From Anaerolineae bacterium (GTDB taxonomy: Bacteria > Chloroflexota > Anaerolineae > B4-G1 > DUEL01), in NCBI GenBank assembly GCA_041082215.1, contig JBDOIF010000041.1, forward strand, positions 62,001 to 126,000: a stretch of DNA of 64,000 bases, read 5' to 3'. A program made the position numbers and the translations under genes. Under the pieces are notes generated by a model, which was not told the DNA's origin, did not search any database, and saw only the letters and a program-made list of their open reading frames with translations. How positions within the stretch are numbered: the first letter of the stretch is position 1; every line of letters starts with the position of its first letter. This document shows positions 1 through 9,834 of the stretch, one piece after another.

Positions 1-290
1 GCGGCCAGGTCGCCCGCCCGCTCGATCGCCGGCCCGGCAGTAGCCCGAATCGGCACCCCCATTTCGCGGGCGATGATGTGGGCCAGCGTCGTCTTCCCGA
101 GCCCGGGAGGGCCGTAGAAGAGGATATGGTCCAGCGCCTCGCCCCTCCCTCTGGCGGCCTCGATGAGAATGGTCAGATTCTCCCGCACCCGATTCTGCCC
201 GATCAGGTCGGCCAGCCGTCGGGGGCGGAGGGCCTGGTCCAACTGGACCTCGTCGTCCTGTAGCTGGGGTGAAATCAGGCGCTCGCTCAT
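1..290 (-). CDS. ruvB: Holliday junction branch migration helicase RuvB (5' part, runs off window edge)
   Basis: Not in the ORF track. Manual translation from ATG at 290: [32 protein letters not shown]...[25 protein letters not shown]..., with the LRP motif and Walker A typical of RuvB. Confidence 0.93.
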   Translation of the reverse strand, partial: MSERLISPQLQDDEVQLDQALRPRRLADLIGQNRVRENLTILIEAARGRGEALDHILFYGPPGLGKTTLAHIIAREMGVPIRATAGPAIERAGDLA

Positions 291-348
291 ACGTTTAAGA
301 TTATACCGACTTTGGGGCAAAAAGGGAAGCAGAGAATTCCCAGCGGTG

Positions 349-390
349 AAAAACGGGCGGGCGCTCTCCGGAGGTGGAGAGAGCGCCCGC
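349..390 (-). terminator. Rho-independent terminator after degV
   Basis: Minus strand GCGGGCGCTCTC...GAGAGCGCCCGC stem followed by CCGTTTTT. Confidence 0.6.
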
Positions 391-419
391 TGAGGAAGCC
401 CGCTCGGCTGCCCAGGCCC

Positions 420-1277
420 TTATTGGGTGTAGAAAGCCACCCCCAGCGTCCCCGGCCCCGTGTGCGTGCCGATCACCGGGCTGACCTCCGCTATGTAGGA
501 CTCCTCAGGGTCCAGCACCTGCTGGGCCTTTTCTAATAGCTCCCGGCCCTCTTCCAGGGCGTTGGCGTGGACGACGGCTACCCGGGGCACCGGAGCTGCA
601 CCCCGACGCTCCAGCGCGATCTCCAGCAACCGATCCAGCGCCTTCTTCTTGGTCCGCACCTGTTCCAGCGCCTCGATCTTCCCACCCTCCAGTTCCAGAA
701 GCGGCTTGATCTTCAGTGCCGTCCCCAGAAACCGCTGCGCCCCGCCGATCCGCCCCCCCCGGTGGAGGAATTCCAGCGTATCCACGACGAAGAGGACCTG
801 CAGCCGATACCGCACCCGGTGGGCCGCCTCCAGCACCTCCTCCAGCGAGGCCCCTGCCTGAGCGGCCTCCGCCGCCGCCATGGCCTGGAATCCCTGCCCC
901 ATCGAGGTAGAGCGGGAATCCACCACCTCGACCCGCAGGTCGGAAAACATCGCCTTTGCCGCCTCCGCCGAGGCTACCGTGCCGCTTAACCCGGATGAGA
1001 TGAACACACCAACCACCGTATCGGTCTTCATCTGTTCCGCAACCTGGCGGAAAAAGTCCACAAACTCTCCGGCCGAAGGCTGGGAAGTGGTCGGCATGAC
1101 CTTAGCCGACCCCAGGCGCTGATAGAAGGCTGTGGGATAAATGTCCACCCCATCCTTCAACACCTCCTCGCCCCACAAAAGGTTCAGGGGGATCACCGGG
1201 ATGCGGAGCCGTTCCCGGACCTCGGGGGGGAGATAAGCTGTGCTGTCGGTTGCAACGGCAATACGCTGAGCGCACAT
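420..1277 (-). CDS. DegV family fatty acid-binding protein
   Basis: ATDSTA, TTSQPS, SSGLSGT, DSRSTSMG, L.RGGRIG and SPVIGTHTGPG motifs. Confidence 0.93.
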   Translation of the reverse strand: MCAQRIAVATDSTAYLPPEVRERLRIPVIPLNLLWGEEVLKDGVDIYPTAFYQRLGSAKVMPTTSQPSAGEFVDFFRQVAEQMKTDTVVGVFISSGLSGTVASAEAAKAMFSDLRVEVVDSRSTSMGQGFQAMAAAEAAQAGASLEEVLEAAHRVRYRLQVLFVVDTLEFLHRGGRIGGAQRFLGTALKIKPLLELEGGKIEALEQVRTKKKALDRLLEIALERRGAAPVPRVAVVHANALEEGRELLEKAQQVLDPEESYIAEVSPVIGTHTGPGTLGVAFYTQ

Positions 1278-1380
1278 CGGGATATCCTCCTTCCTCGTCT
1301 CTGAATCCACAAAGGATAACACCGGAGAGCGGCGAGGGATGCGCCGGGAGCGGTCATTCGAAGCGGGGAATTCAGCCTGT

Positions 1381-1414
1381 AAAAATGAGGAGGGGAGCTT
1401 ACTCCCCTCCTCAT
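1381..1414 (-). terminator. Rho-independent terminator after ndk
   Basis: ATGAGGAGGGGAG-TAAG-CTCCCCTCCTCAT perfect stem followed by a T tract on the minus strand. Confidence 0.75.
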
Positions 1415-1421
1415 CCTGATC

Positions 1422-1871
1422 CTACTCAAAGATCCAGCGGTCCGTATCCCGCGTATACGAGAGAATTTCCTCTTCCGTAAAGAAGAGCGGGATCTCGAAA
1501 GCCGCCGTATCTGGACCATCCGATCCGTGGACCAGATTGCGGCCCACCTCCAGTCCGAAATCGGCCCGGATGGTGCCCGGAGTGGCCTCTGCGGGGTTGG
1601 TGGCCCCCATCGTCCGCCGCACGATCTCGATAGCCCGGTTCCCCTCCAGCACCATCACCACGACGGGCGCGGAGGTGATGTACCGGATCAGGCCCTCGTA
1701 GAAAGGCTTTCCCCTATGGACCGCATAGTGGCGCTCTGCCAGTTCGGGCGTGATCTGCATCATTTTCATCGCCACGATCCGCAGCCCTCGCCGTTCAAAG
1801 CGGCCGGTGATCTCACCGATCAACCCCCGCTGCACTGCATCCGGCTTAATGATGACCAACGTGCGCTCCAC
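1422..1871 (-). CDS. ndk: Nucleoside diphosphate kinase
   Basis: ERTLVIIKPDAVQRG, PGTIRADFG and NLVHGSD motifs; GTG start with GGAGG RBS. Confidence 0.97.
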   Translation of the reverse strand: MERTLVIIKPDAVQRGLIGEITGRFERRGLRIVAMKMMQITPELAERHYAVHRGKPFYEGLIRYITSAPVVVMVLEGNRAIEIVRRTMGATNPAEATPGTIRADFGLEVGRNLVHGSDGPDTAAFEIPLFFTEEEILSYTRDTDRWIFE

Positions 1872-1957
1872 TTTTCCTCCTTGAACCTGAACGAGTCTCG
1901 GTCCACACAAACGGGCGGGGGATTCCCCCGCCCGGACCAGCCGATTTTTTCGGGCAA

Positions 1958-4471
1958 TCACAGGCTCTCCAGCGCCTCTCGATAGACCTCCAGCGCTTCC
2001 TCCAGCCGGCCGACGCGCATGTAAGCATCCCCCAGCACCCGCCGTACTGCCGGATCGGATGGGCGTTCCTCCACATAGGCCTCCATATCCGCCATCACCT
2101 CATCCACCTGTTTGCCGGACCGCAGGAGCTGCGAGTAGACTTCCAGCGAATCGGCATACAGACCCGCCCGCCACATCTCCCGGGCCAGCGCCAAACGGGC
2201 CTGATAGTCCCGTGGATGGGCCCGCACGTATCCGCGCAGGCTTTCCACTCCTTCCGGCAATGGTACCTCGACAATAGGAGGAGGCACTGCCTCCCCGCGG
2301 GGAGGTTTCGGCTCCCACGGCCGCCTCTCGACGCGCGTTTGCACCAGGGTCTCTTCCAGAGGCGGCACCTCCGCAGCCAGCTCGACCTGGGGCGGGGACG
2401 GTTCGGCCTCGAACTCGATCCAGCCGAACCCTTCTTCGACGGGCCGTGCAGCCTCAGGAGGTGCCGGTTCGGATGGCGCTTCCTCCACCCCAAAGGCCGT
2501 CCAGCCGAAGGCCTCCGGCTCCGCCGGGAGCACCTCCGCCCGTGGCACCTCCGGTGGAGAGAGTTCTTCCGGGCCGGGGAGCTCTTCCGGTATTGCCGGC
2601 CTGGGGGGAGGGGCCGGTTCAGGTGCCGCCGCGGCGATCAGCCATTCCGGCGCTGCTACCTCCTCCAGCTCTTCCAGCTCCAGCTCGCCCTCATGCGGGC
2701 CAGCTTCTTCCAGATATGGAGGAAAGGCTTCTACCCTCTCCTCTGCAGGAGGAGCGGCTTCCTTCACAGGCGGGGCCGCCTCCCGCGGACGCCCCATGAT
2801 CTCTGCCATCCGCGCCTCCGCCTCCGCCTCCGCTGCCGCCCTCAGCTCCTCCTCCTTGCCGGCCACCAGCGACTCCAGCCAGGCCAGCGCCTCATCTCCG
2901 CTCGGCAGCCCTTCTCCCTCCAGCCACGAGGGGGCTGCCCCTCCTTTCTCCTCTGGCGGCGGGGCCTCCACCTCTGGCTCGACAGGCGGCATCGCCGCCG
3001 CCTCCTTCAACCAGTCCGGGACCTCTCCCTCCTCCTCTGGCAGCAGGGACTCTTCCGGGAGCGGGACCTCTACCTCCGGCCCGACGGGCGGTAGAGATGC
3101 CGCTTCCATCAGCCAATCCGGGATCTCCCCTTCCTCCTCCTCCGGCAGTGGCTGTAACTCCTCCTCCGGCCAGCCCGGTGGGGCTTCTTCCTCAACTTCG
3201 CCCAGCCCCGGCGGGGCCATCTCCCTGAGCCATTCGGGAATTTCAGCAGGGACGGGGGGCTCGGCTGGGGGCCATCCGGCCTCCTCTTCCACCGCCCCTG
3301 TGCCAGCCAGCCAGTCGGGGAATTCCAGAGCCCCACCTTCCTCAGCGGTCTCCGGGGGTAACTGCTCCCCCCATTCGGCCTCCTCAAGCCCCCGCAACCA
3401 TTCTGGCTCCTCCTCGAGCGCCGGTGCCTCTTCCTCCGGGCCCTTCGCCATCTCCACACCGACCGGCCTGCCAAACGGCCGCTCCGGGACCTCAATAACC
3501 TCTTCGCCCCGGGGCATCGCTTCCTCAGGGAGCCCTTCTACCTCCTCTTCCTCCCCCGCTCCCAGCTCCTCCAGCCATGAGGGGATCTCGATCTGGATCC
3601 CCATTCCTGTCTCCAGGTCAACCAATCCCCGCTCGGCGCCGGCCATCCCGCCCTCCGCCTCGGCGGCGACCATCCAGGCCGGTCGCTCGGCAGCTTCCGG
3701 CAAGACGTATTCCAGGCGCGGCAGCCGGATCTCGCGCGGCTCAAGCGGAGAGCTATCGCCCAACAGCCTCACCGCTTCCTGATGCTCGGGGTCGAGCGCC
3801 TCCGCCCGTTCCAGGTGCACCCGCCCTTCCTCCCGCCCGCTGCGTGCCCATATCTCGCCCAGGATGAGATTGGCCTTCAGACAGTACGGCAGCTCCTCCA
3901 GAACGTGCAGGCAGGCTTCCTCTGCCTGAACCCGCTGATCGTTGCGCCAGCATGCCTCCGCCAGCGCCACCCACAGGTCTATTCGCCCTGGCTCCTCTGC
4001 CACCAGGGCCCGAAGTTCCTCGACGGCGCGAGAAAGGAGATTGCCCCGCAGGTAGAGGCGGGCCAGCCCTGCCCGTGTCAGGTGGAGGCGAGGGGGCTCC
4101 ACCCCATCCCGACGGCTATAGAGCTTTCGGAGCTCGTCCTGGATTGCATCGTTGTTCGGCTCCAGCTCGAAAGCCCGCTCCATATGCCAGATCGCCCGCT
4201 GGAGGTCCCCCCGGTGATCGGCGATGATGCTCATCCCCACCCGCGCCACGAAATCCTCGGGGTCCCCGCTGAGCACACGGAGGAACATATCTTCGGCCAG
4301 ATCGTGCCGTCCGGCCTCCACCATAGCTTTTCCCAGCAGCCGATAGACCGGCAGGTACTTGGGGTAATGCTGGAGGATATGCCGTCCATGGGCCAGGGCC
4401 TCATCATAGCCGCCCTGAGCGATGGCTTCGTCAATCTTCTGAAGATAGGCCTGCAGGCTGATCTCCGCCAT
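1958..4471 (-). CDS. Tetratricopeptide repeat protein with a long acidic, Pro-rich central region of PxWL motifs
   Basis: N- and C-terminal TPR-like helices; middle has IPSWL, EPEWL, FPDWL, IPEWL, IPDWL, VPDWL, APSWL, APEWL; start set at MAEISL because the upstream ORF part overlaps the HDAC gene. Confidence 0.8.
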   Translation of the reverse strand: MAEISLQAYLQKIDEAIAQGGYDEALAHGRHILQHYPKYLPVYRLLGKAMVEAGRHDLAEDMFLRVLSGDPEDFVARVGMSIIADHRGDLQRAIWHMERAFELEPNNDAIQDELRKLYSRRDGVEPPRLHLTRAGLARLYLRGNLLSRAVEELRALVAEEPGRIDLWVALAEACWRNDQRVQAEEACLHVLEELPYCLKANLILGEIWARSGREEGRVHLERAEALDPEHQEAVRLLGDSSPLEPREIRLPRLEYVLPEAAERPAWMVAAEAEGGMAGAERGLVDLETGMGIQIEIPSWLEELGAGEEEEVEGLPEEAMPRGEEVIEVPERPFGRPVGVEMAKGPEEEAPALEEEPEWLRGLEEAEWGEQLPPETAEEGGALEFPDWLAGTGAVEEEAGWPPAEPPVPAEIPEWLREMAPPGLGEVEEEAPPGWPEEELQPLPEEEEGEIPDWLMEAASLPPVGPEVEVPLPEESLLPEEEGEVPDWLKEAAAMPPVEPEVEAPPPEEKGGAAPSWLEGEGLPSGDEALAWLESLVAGKEEELRAAAEAEAEARMAEIMGRPREAAPPVKEAAPPAEERVEAFPPYLEEAGPHEGELELEELEEVAAPEWLIAAAAPEPAPPPRPAIPEELPGPEELSPPEVPRAEVLPAEPEAFGWTAFGVEEAPSEPAPPEAARPVEEGFGWIEFEAEPSPPQVELAAEVPPLEETLVQTRVERRPWEPKPPRGEAVPPPIVEVPLPEGVESLRGYVRAHPRDYQARLALAREMWRAGLYADSLEVYSQLLRSGKQVDEVMADMEAYVEERPSDPAVRRVLGDAYMRVGRLEEALEVYREALESL

Positions 4472-4510
4472 ACTCTCCCCCTTACCGCTATACAACAACC
4501 CCCTTTTTCC

Positions 4511-4539
4511 ATTATGCACCAATTTCCGAGAAAAGTCAA
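4511..4539 (-). promoter_or_regulatory. Sigma70-type promoter for the TPR gene
   Basis: TTGACT-17 bp-CATAAT on the minus strand. Confidence 0.55.
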
Positions 4540-4545
4540 AAGCCT

Positions 4546-5574
4546 CTAGCTCAATCCGTGGACCTCCCGCAGGCGGTCCAGCAGCGGGCTGATATCCGGC
4601 TCCGGAGAGGCCGGCAGGCCAAAGGGATCGGAAACCTCGCTCTCCCCCAAAAGGGCACGGAAGGTGTTGAGCACGCCGTTGGCCAGGACGTCCAGGTGGT
4701 ATCCCCCCTCCAGGGTGAAGAGGATCCGCCCACCGCACAGCTCGTTTGCCATCGCCACCAGCTCCCGCGAGAGATAAGCGTATCCATCCAGCGAAAGCCG
4801 CATCATCGCCAGCGGGTCCTGCCAGTGGCCGTCGTAGCCAGCGGAGACCAGGATCAGGTCGGGCTGGAAGCGGCGGGCCAGCGGCCACACCAGCTCCTCG
4901 AAGACGCGGGCGTAACCGCGGTCGCCCACCCCGGCCGGCAGGGGGACATCCAGCACCGTCCCCCTTCCCTCCCCCTCCCCGACCTCGCTCCAATGGCCGG
5001 TGCCGGGGTAGAAGGGGTACTCATGCGTGGAGAAATAGAACACGCCGGGATCGTCCTCGAAGACGGCCTGTGTGCCGTTGCCGTGGTGAACGTCGAAATC
5101 GGCAATGAAGACCCGCCGGACCGATGGGAAGGTCTGAGCATGCCGGGCTGCCACCGCCACATTGTTGAATAGACAAAATCCCATCCCTCGATCCGGCAGG
5201 GCATGGTGGCCTGGAGGGCGGACCAGGGCGAAGCCGTTGGCGATGCGGCCATCCAGCAGCGCTTCCACTGCCGCCAGCAGGCCGCCCGCGGCCATCTGCG
5301 CCGCCTCGTAGGAGCGGGCGTTCATGTACGTGTCGGGGTCGAGATGCCCCCCGCCCCGTTCCGCCACCCGCCGCACCTGCTCGATGTAGGTCCGTGTATG
5401 GACCCGCTCCAGTTCCTCCGGCGCCGCCAGTCGCGCCTCTACTGCGGTCAGCCGTTCCAGCAGGCCGCTCTTCTCCAGCAGCTCCATAATGCGCCGGAGT
5501 CGACCGGCGTTCTCTGGATGGCCTGGCAGGTCATGTTCCAGGTAGACCGGGTGGTAGACATACCCTGTTGCCAT
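4546..5574 (-). CDS. Histone deacetylase family (Zn-dependent acetyl-lysine/acetylpolyamine deacetylase)
   Basis: HPE, RPPGHHA, GFCLFNN, DFDVHHGNGT, SAGYD and LEGGY motifs. Confidence 0.93.
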   Translation of the reverse strand: MATGYVYHPVYLEHDLPGHPENAGRLRRIMELLEKSGLLERLTAVEARLAAPEELERVHTRTYIEQVRRVAERGGGHLDPDTYMNARSYEAAQMAAGGLLAAVEALLDGRIANGFALVRPPGHHALPDRGMGFCLFNNVAVAARHAQTFPSVRRVFIADFDVHHGNGTQAVFEDDPGVFYFSTHEYPFYPGTGHWSEVGEGEGRGTVLDVPLPAGVGDRGYARVFEELVWPLARRFQPDLILVSAGYDGHWQDPLAMMRLSLDGYAYLSRELVAMANELCGGRILFTLEGGYHLDVLANGVLNTFRALLGESEVSDPFGLPASPEPDISPLLDRLREVHGLS

Positions 5575-5696
5575 TGCCGCACCTCCTTTCCCGACATGGC
5601 AGGCCGGGCACCCTAACATCCCTCCGAAGACCACAGGGCAGAGAGGGACGTCGAGTGCCCGGCCCCGTTCCGCTTACTTCCCGTTTGGAGGCGAGA

Positions 5697-8018
5697 TTAT
5701 GGCCTCTCTCCGGGATCCGATCCTCCTGACGGCTGGGTCACCGCCACAAGGTCAGAAACTGCACCCGAACCCGCCACCACGACGTCTCGTTTACTCTGCC
5801 GCAGCGCCCACAGGAACAGACCCAGCAGGATCACCCCCGCCACGCTGAGCGCTGCTGGTTGGTCCCTGTATTGAACCAGGATCGGTGCAGCCAGGAGGCT
5901 GATCAGGTTGACCACCTTGATCATCGGGTTGAGGGCCGGGCCGGCCGTATCCTTCAACGGATCGCCGACAGTATCGCCAACGACCCCGGCCTTATGGGCC
6001 TCCGACCCCTTGCCGCCCAGGTGGCCGTCCTCGATATACTTCTTGGCGTTATCGAGCGCGCCACCGGCGATAGCCATAAAGACCGCCAGGAGCTGTCCGG
6101 AGAGGATCACCCCGGCCAGGAAGGCCCCCAGCGCCTCCACCTGGAAGACAATCCCGACCAGCAGCGGCACGGCTACGGATAGGACCACCAGGCTGACCAG
6201 CTCCTTTTGAGCAGCCGCCGTCGTGATCGCCACCACGCGGCCATAATCCGGCTTGACCTTCCATTCCATCACCCCAGGGATACGGAACTGCCGCCGCACC
6301 TCCTCCACGACCAGAGAGGCTCCCCGGCTGACCGCCCGCAGGGCGAAGGAGGAGAAAAGGAAGGGCAACGCCGCGCCCAGCAGGAAACCGATGGTCCCCT
6401 CCAGAAGCGAGACACGGATGCCAGTATTCAGGAGCCGTTGCTCGATCGGGATACCCATCCGCTCCTGCACCAGGGAGACATCGGTCACGAACGAGAAGAA
6501 GAGGCTTGTGGCAGCCACGACCGCCGAGGCGATGGCAACCTGCTTGGTGATCGCTTTCGTCGTGTTGCCGACGGAGTCCAGCTCCGCCATAATGTGCATT
6601 GCCTCCGGGTCAACCCCCACCATCTCGGCGATGCCGTTGGCGTTATCGGCGATCGGCCCGTAGGAGTCCATCGCCACGTTGTTGCCGGTATGGGAGAGCA
6701 TACCGATGCCCACCATTGCCACACCGTAAAGCATGTGGAGGGGCTGCCCGTGGTAGATCAGGTAGGCCACCCCCAGGGAGATGGCGATGACCACCACGCT
6801 CCACACACTGGTCTCCATCCCCACCGCCAGACCGGAAAGGACCGTCGTCGCGGAGCCCGTGCGGGTGGCCTCCACGATTTCGCGGACCGGCTTCCTCTTT
6901 GCGGAGGTGAAATACGAAGTGATGGGGTTGAAGCTCACCGCCAGGCCCACCCCGACCGCGTTGAGCAAAGCCAGCCGCCAGTCCTGGACATACCACCAGG
7001 CGAAGAGGAAGGACCAGAGGACGGTGTTAACGCTGGAGACCTCGTAGGAGCGGAACATCGCCTCTTCGGCATCCCGCGCGCGAAGGAGCCTGAGGGGAAA
7101 TCCTTCCCAGATCGGCACGGTGAAGGTGCCCAGTATCGAGGAGACGACGCCGATGGCCCGCACGATCAGGGGGTAAACAATCCAGACGATCTGGCCCGTG
7201 GCATAGGCCAGGGCGATGCCCAGGATCAGCGTGGAGACGATGGTGACCTCGTAGGACTCGAAGATATCGGCGGCCATACCGGCGCAGTCGCCGACATTAT
7301 CCCCCACCAGGTCGGCCACGACGGCGGCATTGCGCGGGTCGTCCTCCGGCACGCCCGCTTCCACCTTGCCCACCAGGTCCGCTCCGACATCGGCCGCCTT
7401 GGTATAGATGCCGCCGCCGATCCGCATGAAGAGGGCTACCAGTGTGCCGCCGAAGCCGAAACCCAGAAGGGCGTCTGGCGCGGCGCGGCCGAAGATCATA
7501 AAGATCGAGGTGCCGCCCAGCAACCCCAGGCCATCGGTGAGCATCCCGGTGAAGGTGCCCGCCCGGTACGCCACAGTGAGCGCGCCGTTGTAGTTGCGGC
7601 GCACCGCCTCCGCCGCCACGCGCACGTTCCCCTCAACGGCCACCCGCATCCCCAACTGGCCAACAAGGATGGAAAAGGTCGCTCCCAGGATGAAGGCCCC
7701 CGCCCGTCCCAGGGCAATGATCAGCTTGGCCCGATCGCCAAACAGCTCCTGGGCTTCCCGGGAGGGGGTGACCACATAGACACTCAAGAAGAGCAGGACG
7801 ACGAGGAGGAGGAGAACCGGCAGCATGGTCCTGAGCTGCCGTCGCAGATAGGCGTTGGCCCCCACCCGAATGCTTTCCCAGACCTCCTGCATCTCCTTCG
7901 CCCCCTTGTCCCGGCGGATCGTATCCCGCCAGAGCCAGAGAGCGTAGAGGAGGCCAACGAAGGCAACGAGGATGACCCCCCAGAGCATGGATTGTTCGAT
8001 CGCGTTCAGCTCACTCAC
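5697..8018 (-). CDS. hppA: Membrane-bound pyrophosphatase, K+-independent H+-PPase type
   Basis: DVGADLVGKVE and DNVGD motifs, many TM segments; GNTTKA carries Lys at the K+-dependence position. Confidence 0.93.
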   Translation of the reverse strand: MSELNAIEQSMLWGVILVAFVGLLYALWLWRDTIRRDKGAKEMQEVWESIRVGANAYLRRQLRTMLPVLLLLVVLLFLSVYVVTPSREAQELFGDRAKLIIALGRAGAFILGATFSILVGQLGMRVAVEGNVRVAAEAVRRNYNGALTVAYRAGTFTGMLTDGLGLLGGTSIFMIFGRAAPDALLGFGFGGTLVALFMRIGGGIYTKAADVGADLVGKVEAGVPEDDPRNAAVVADLVGDNVGDCAGMAADIFESYEVTIVSTLILGIALAYATGQIVWIVYPLIVRAIGVVSSILGTFTVPIWEGFPLRLLRARDAEEAMFRSYEVSSVNTVLWSFLFAWWYVQDWRLALLNAVGVGLAVSFNPITSYFTSAKRKPVREIVEATRTGSATTVLSGLAVGMETSVWSVVVIAISLGVAYLIYHGQPLHMLYGVAMVGIGMLSHTGNNVAMDSYGPIADNANGIAEMVGVDPEAMHIMAELDSVGNTTKAITKQVAIASAVVAATSLFFSFVTDVSLVQERMGIPIEQRLLNTGIRVSLLEGTIGFLLGAALPFLFSSFALRAVSRGASLVVEEVRRQFRIPGVMEWKVKPDYGRVVAITTAAAQKELVSLVVLSVAVPLLVGIVFQVEALGAFLAGVILSGQLLAVFMAIAGGALDNAKKYIEDGHLGGKGSEAHKAGVVGDTVGDPLKDTAGPALNPMIKVVNLISLLAAPILVQYRDQPAALSVAGVILLGLFLWALRQSKRDVVVAGSGAVSDLVAVTQPSGGSDPGERP

Positions 8019-8174
8019 GGCAACCTCCGGACAAAAGGATTTCAGCGGTCATACTGGCCGGAGAAGCTGGTGGCCCCGTACCGCCCGACACCACAAACAT
8101 CAACGGAACCGCCGGTCCCCGTGGAACCGGAAGGCCGGCGGGAGCACACCGTTCATCCCGACAGGAATGGGGAG

Positions 8175-8202
8175 ATTGTATCCAGTTCCGGAAATAAGTC
8201 AA
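8175..8202 (-). promoter_or_regulatory. Sigma70-type promoter upstream of hppA
   Basis: TTGACT-16 bp-TACAAT on the minus strand, about 150 nt before the start. Confidence 0.5.
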
Positions 8203-8212
8203 GCAGACGAGA

Positions 8213-8839
8213 TCACCCTGCCAGCAACCGCTCCAGCTCTCGCCTGGAAGCTGTCCCCACCTCTTCATGGATCGAGCGGCCGTGGCTATCCATGGTCACC
8301 ACCACCGGAAAGTCCTTTGCGCAGACCACCCAGAAGGCCTCCGGCACACCAAATTCATCCTTTTTATGAACTGCTACCACCTCCCTCATCGTATCTGCGA
8401 TGAGCGTGGCCGCTCCACCGACCGCATGGAAGTAGACTGCACCGTACTTCTTACAGGCTTCGAGGGTGCGCTCCCCCATCCCTCCCTTACCGACCACCCC
8501 CCGCAGGCCGAAATGGGCGATGACATCGGCCTCATAGGGCTCCTCACGGATGGAGGTCGTGGGGCCGGCGGCGACGAACTCCCAGCGCCCGTCCTCCCGC
8601 TGGCGGACCACCGGCCCGCAGTGATAGATGACGCCCCCCTTCAACAGTCGCCTCAGCTCTTCGTACAGGGCACGCTCACCCTCCGGCACAACCCCGGCCC
8701 GGATGAGGGTCTCCACCATATACTTATGGGCCGCATCCCGTCCGGTAACGATCAGGCCAGAGAGGAAGACCGTATCACCGACGTGCAAAGCGCGGATAGC
8801 TTCTTCGGAAATCGGCGTCTCCAGCTCGTACGTTGCCAT
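8213..8839 (-). CDS. Class I fumarate hydratase / tartrate dehydratase, beta subunit
   Basis: TGRDAAHK, YHCGPV, AGPTTS.R, GKGGM and MDSHG motifs. Confidence 0.9.
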   Translation of the reverse strand: MATYELETPISEEAIRALHVGDTVFLSGLIVTGRDAAHKYMVETLIRAGVVPEGERALYEELRRLLKGGVIYHCGPVVRQREDGRWEFVAAGPTTSIREEPYEADVIAHFGLRGVVGKGGMGERTLEACKKYGAVYFHAVGGAATLIADTMREVVAVHKKDEFGVPEAFWVVCAKDFPVVVTMDSHGRSIHEEVGTASRRELERLLAG

Positions 8840-8853
8840 CCCCACCTCCTGAG

Positions 8854-8883
8854 CTGCAGGACAGGCTGAAGCCTGTCCTACAG
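8854..8883. repeat. GTAG-type REP-like palindrome between the fumarase subunit genes
   Basis: Minus strand CTGTAGGACAGGCTTCAGCCTGTCCTGCAG, a near-perfect inverted repeat. Confidence 0.6.
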
Positions 8884-8887
8884 AAGT

Positions 8888-9757
8888 TTAACGATAGGTC
8901 ACCTCGCCGTCCCGGACCTCCATCCGTGCCCGCCGACACGCCCAGCACATATAGGCTACGGTGACAAAGTAGCAGGCGGGCAGGCGGTGATAAGCCCCGA
9001 TCTTGACACCGAAGATGGTCGTCTTTCCGCCGAAGCCCATCGGTCCAACACCCAGTTCATTACATTCCCGCAGCAGGCGCTCTTCCAGTGCTGCCAGCTC
9101 CGGCACCGGGTTGATGTCGTCCAGCGGGCGGAAGAGCTGCTCTTTGGCGTGGACGTAGCCCGTACCCCGGTCGGCGCCGATGGCCACTCCCAGCACCCCC
9201 GGCGCGCATCCTTCCCCCTGCGCCCGAAACACCGCGTCCAGCACCACCCGCCGCACCCCCTCCAGGTCCCGCCCCGCCTTCAGGGGCGCATAGGGAAGGC
9301 TGTACTGTGTGCTCACGTTTTCACTCCCGCCTCCCTTGAGAAGCAGGGCTACCTGCAGGACCGGCTCTTCCCACTCCTCAAAATGGAAGGTGGGGAAGCC
9401 CTCTCCCAGGTTATTTCCGCTGTTGCGTCCGGTCACCGAATCCACTGCGTTGGGGCGCAGGTACGCGCGGCGGGTGGCCTCGGCCACGGCCGCCTCCAGT
9501 TCGGCGCGCAACCGGGCGGTGCTCACCCCATGGGGATGACGCACGTAGAAAATGGGGGTTCCGGTATCCTGACAGACAGGTGCGGAACGGGACCGGGCCA
9601 GGGCCACGTTCTCCAAGATGGTGTTCAACGCACTGGCAGCCGGGGAACCGGCCACCTCCCGATCGCGGGCAGCCCGCAGCGCCGCCTCCACATCCGCCGG
9701 CAAATCCGATGACGCCCGTCGGATCAGTTCGACGAAATGTTCAACCAGCTCGTCCAT
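8888..9757 (-). CDS. Class I fumarate hydratase / tartrate dehydratase, alpha subunit
   Basis: PVCQDTG, LRPN, KGGGSEN, GCAP, GPMGFGG and CWACRR motifs. Confidence 0.9.
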   Translation of the reverse strand: MDELVEHFVELIRRASSDLPADVEAALRAARDREVAGSPAASALNTILENVALARSRSAPVCQDTGTPIFYVRHPHGVSTARLRAELEAAVAEATRRAYLRPNAVDSVTGRNSGNNLGEGFPTFHFEEWEEPVLQVALLLKGGGSENVSTQYSLPYAPLKAGRDLEGVRRVVLDAVFRAQGEGCAPGVLGVAIGADRGTGYVHAKEQLFRPLDDINPVPELAALEERLLRECNELGVGPMGFGGKTTIFGVKIGAYHRLPACYFVTVAYMCWACRRARMEVRDGEVTYR

Positions 9758-9784
9758 CACACACTCCCACTGTACAACTACACA

Positions 9785-9828
9785 GAGTACGGAATACGGA
9801 GCGCGTATTGCGTACTGCGTACTGCGTG
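9785..9828. repeat. Heptamer (cgtaYtS) tandem/inverted repeat element
   Basis: agtacgg aatacgg ... cgtattg cgtactg cgtactg. Confidence 0.75.
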
Positions 9829-9834
9829 ATCATC

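Noticed and set aside
4472..4993. N-terminal extension of the TPR ORF
   Set aside because: Overlaps the HDAC gene; a promoter and RBS precede the ATG at 4471
5697..8018. Na+-translocating PPase
   Set aside because: GNTTKA Lys indicates the K+-independent class, which is typically H+-pumping
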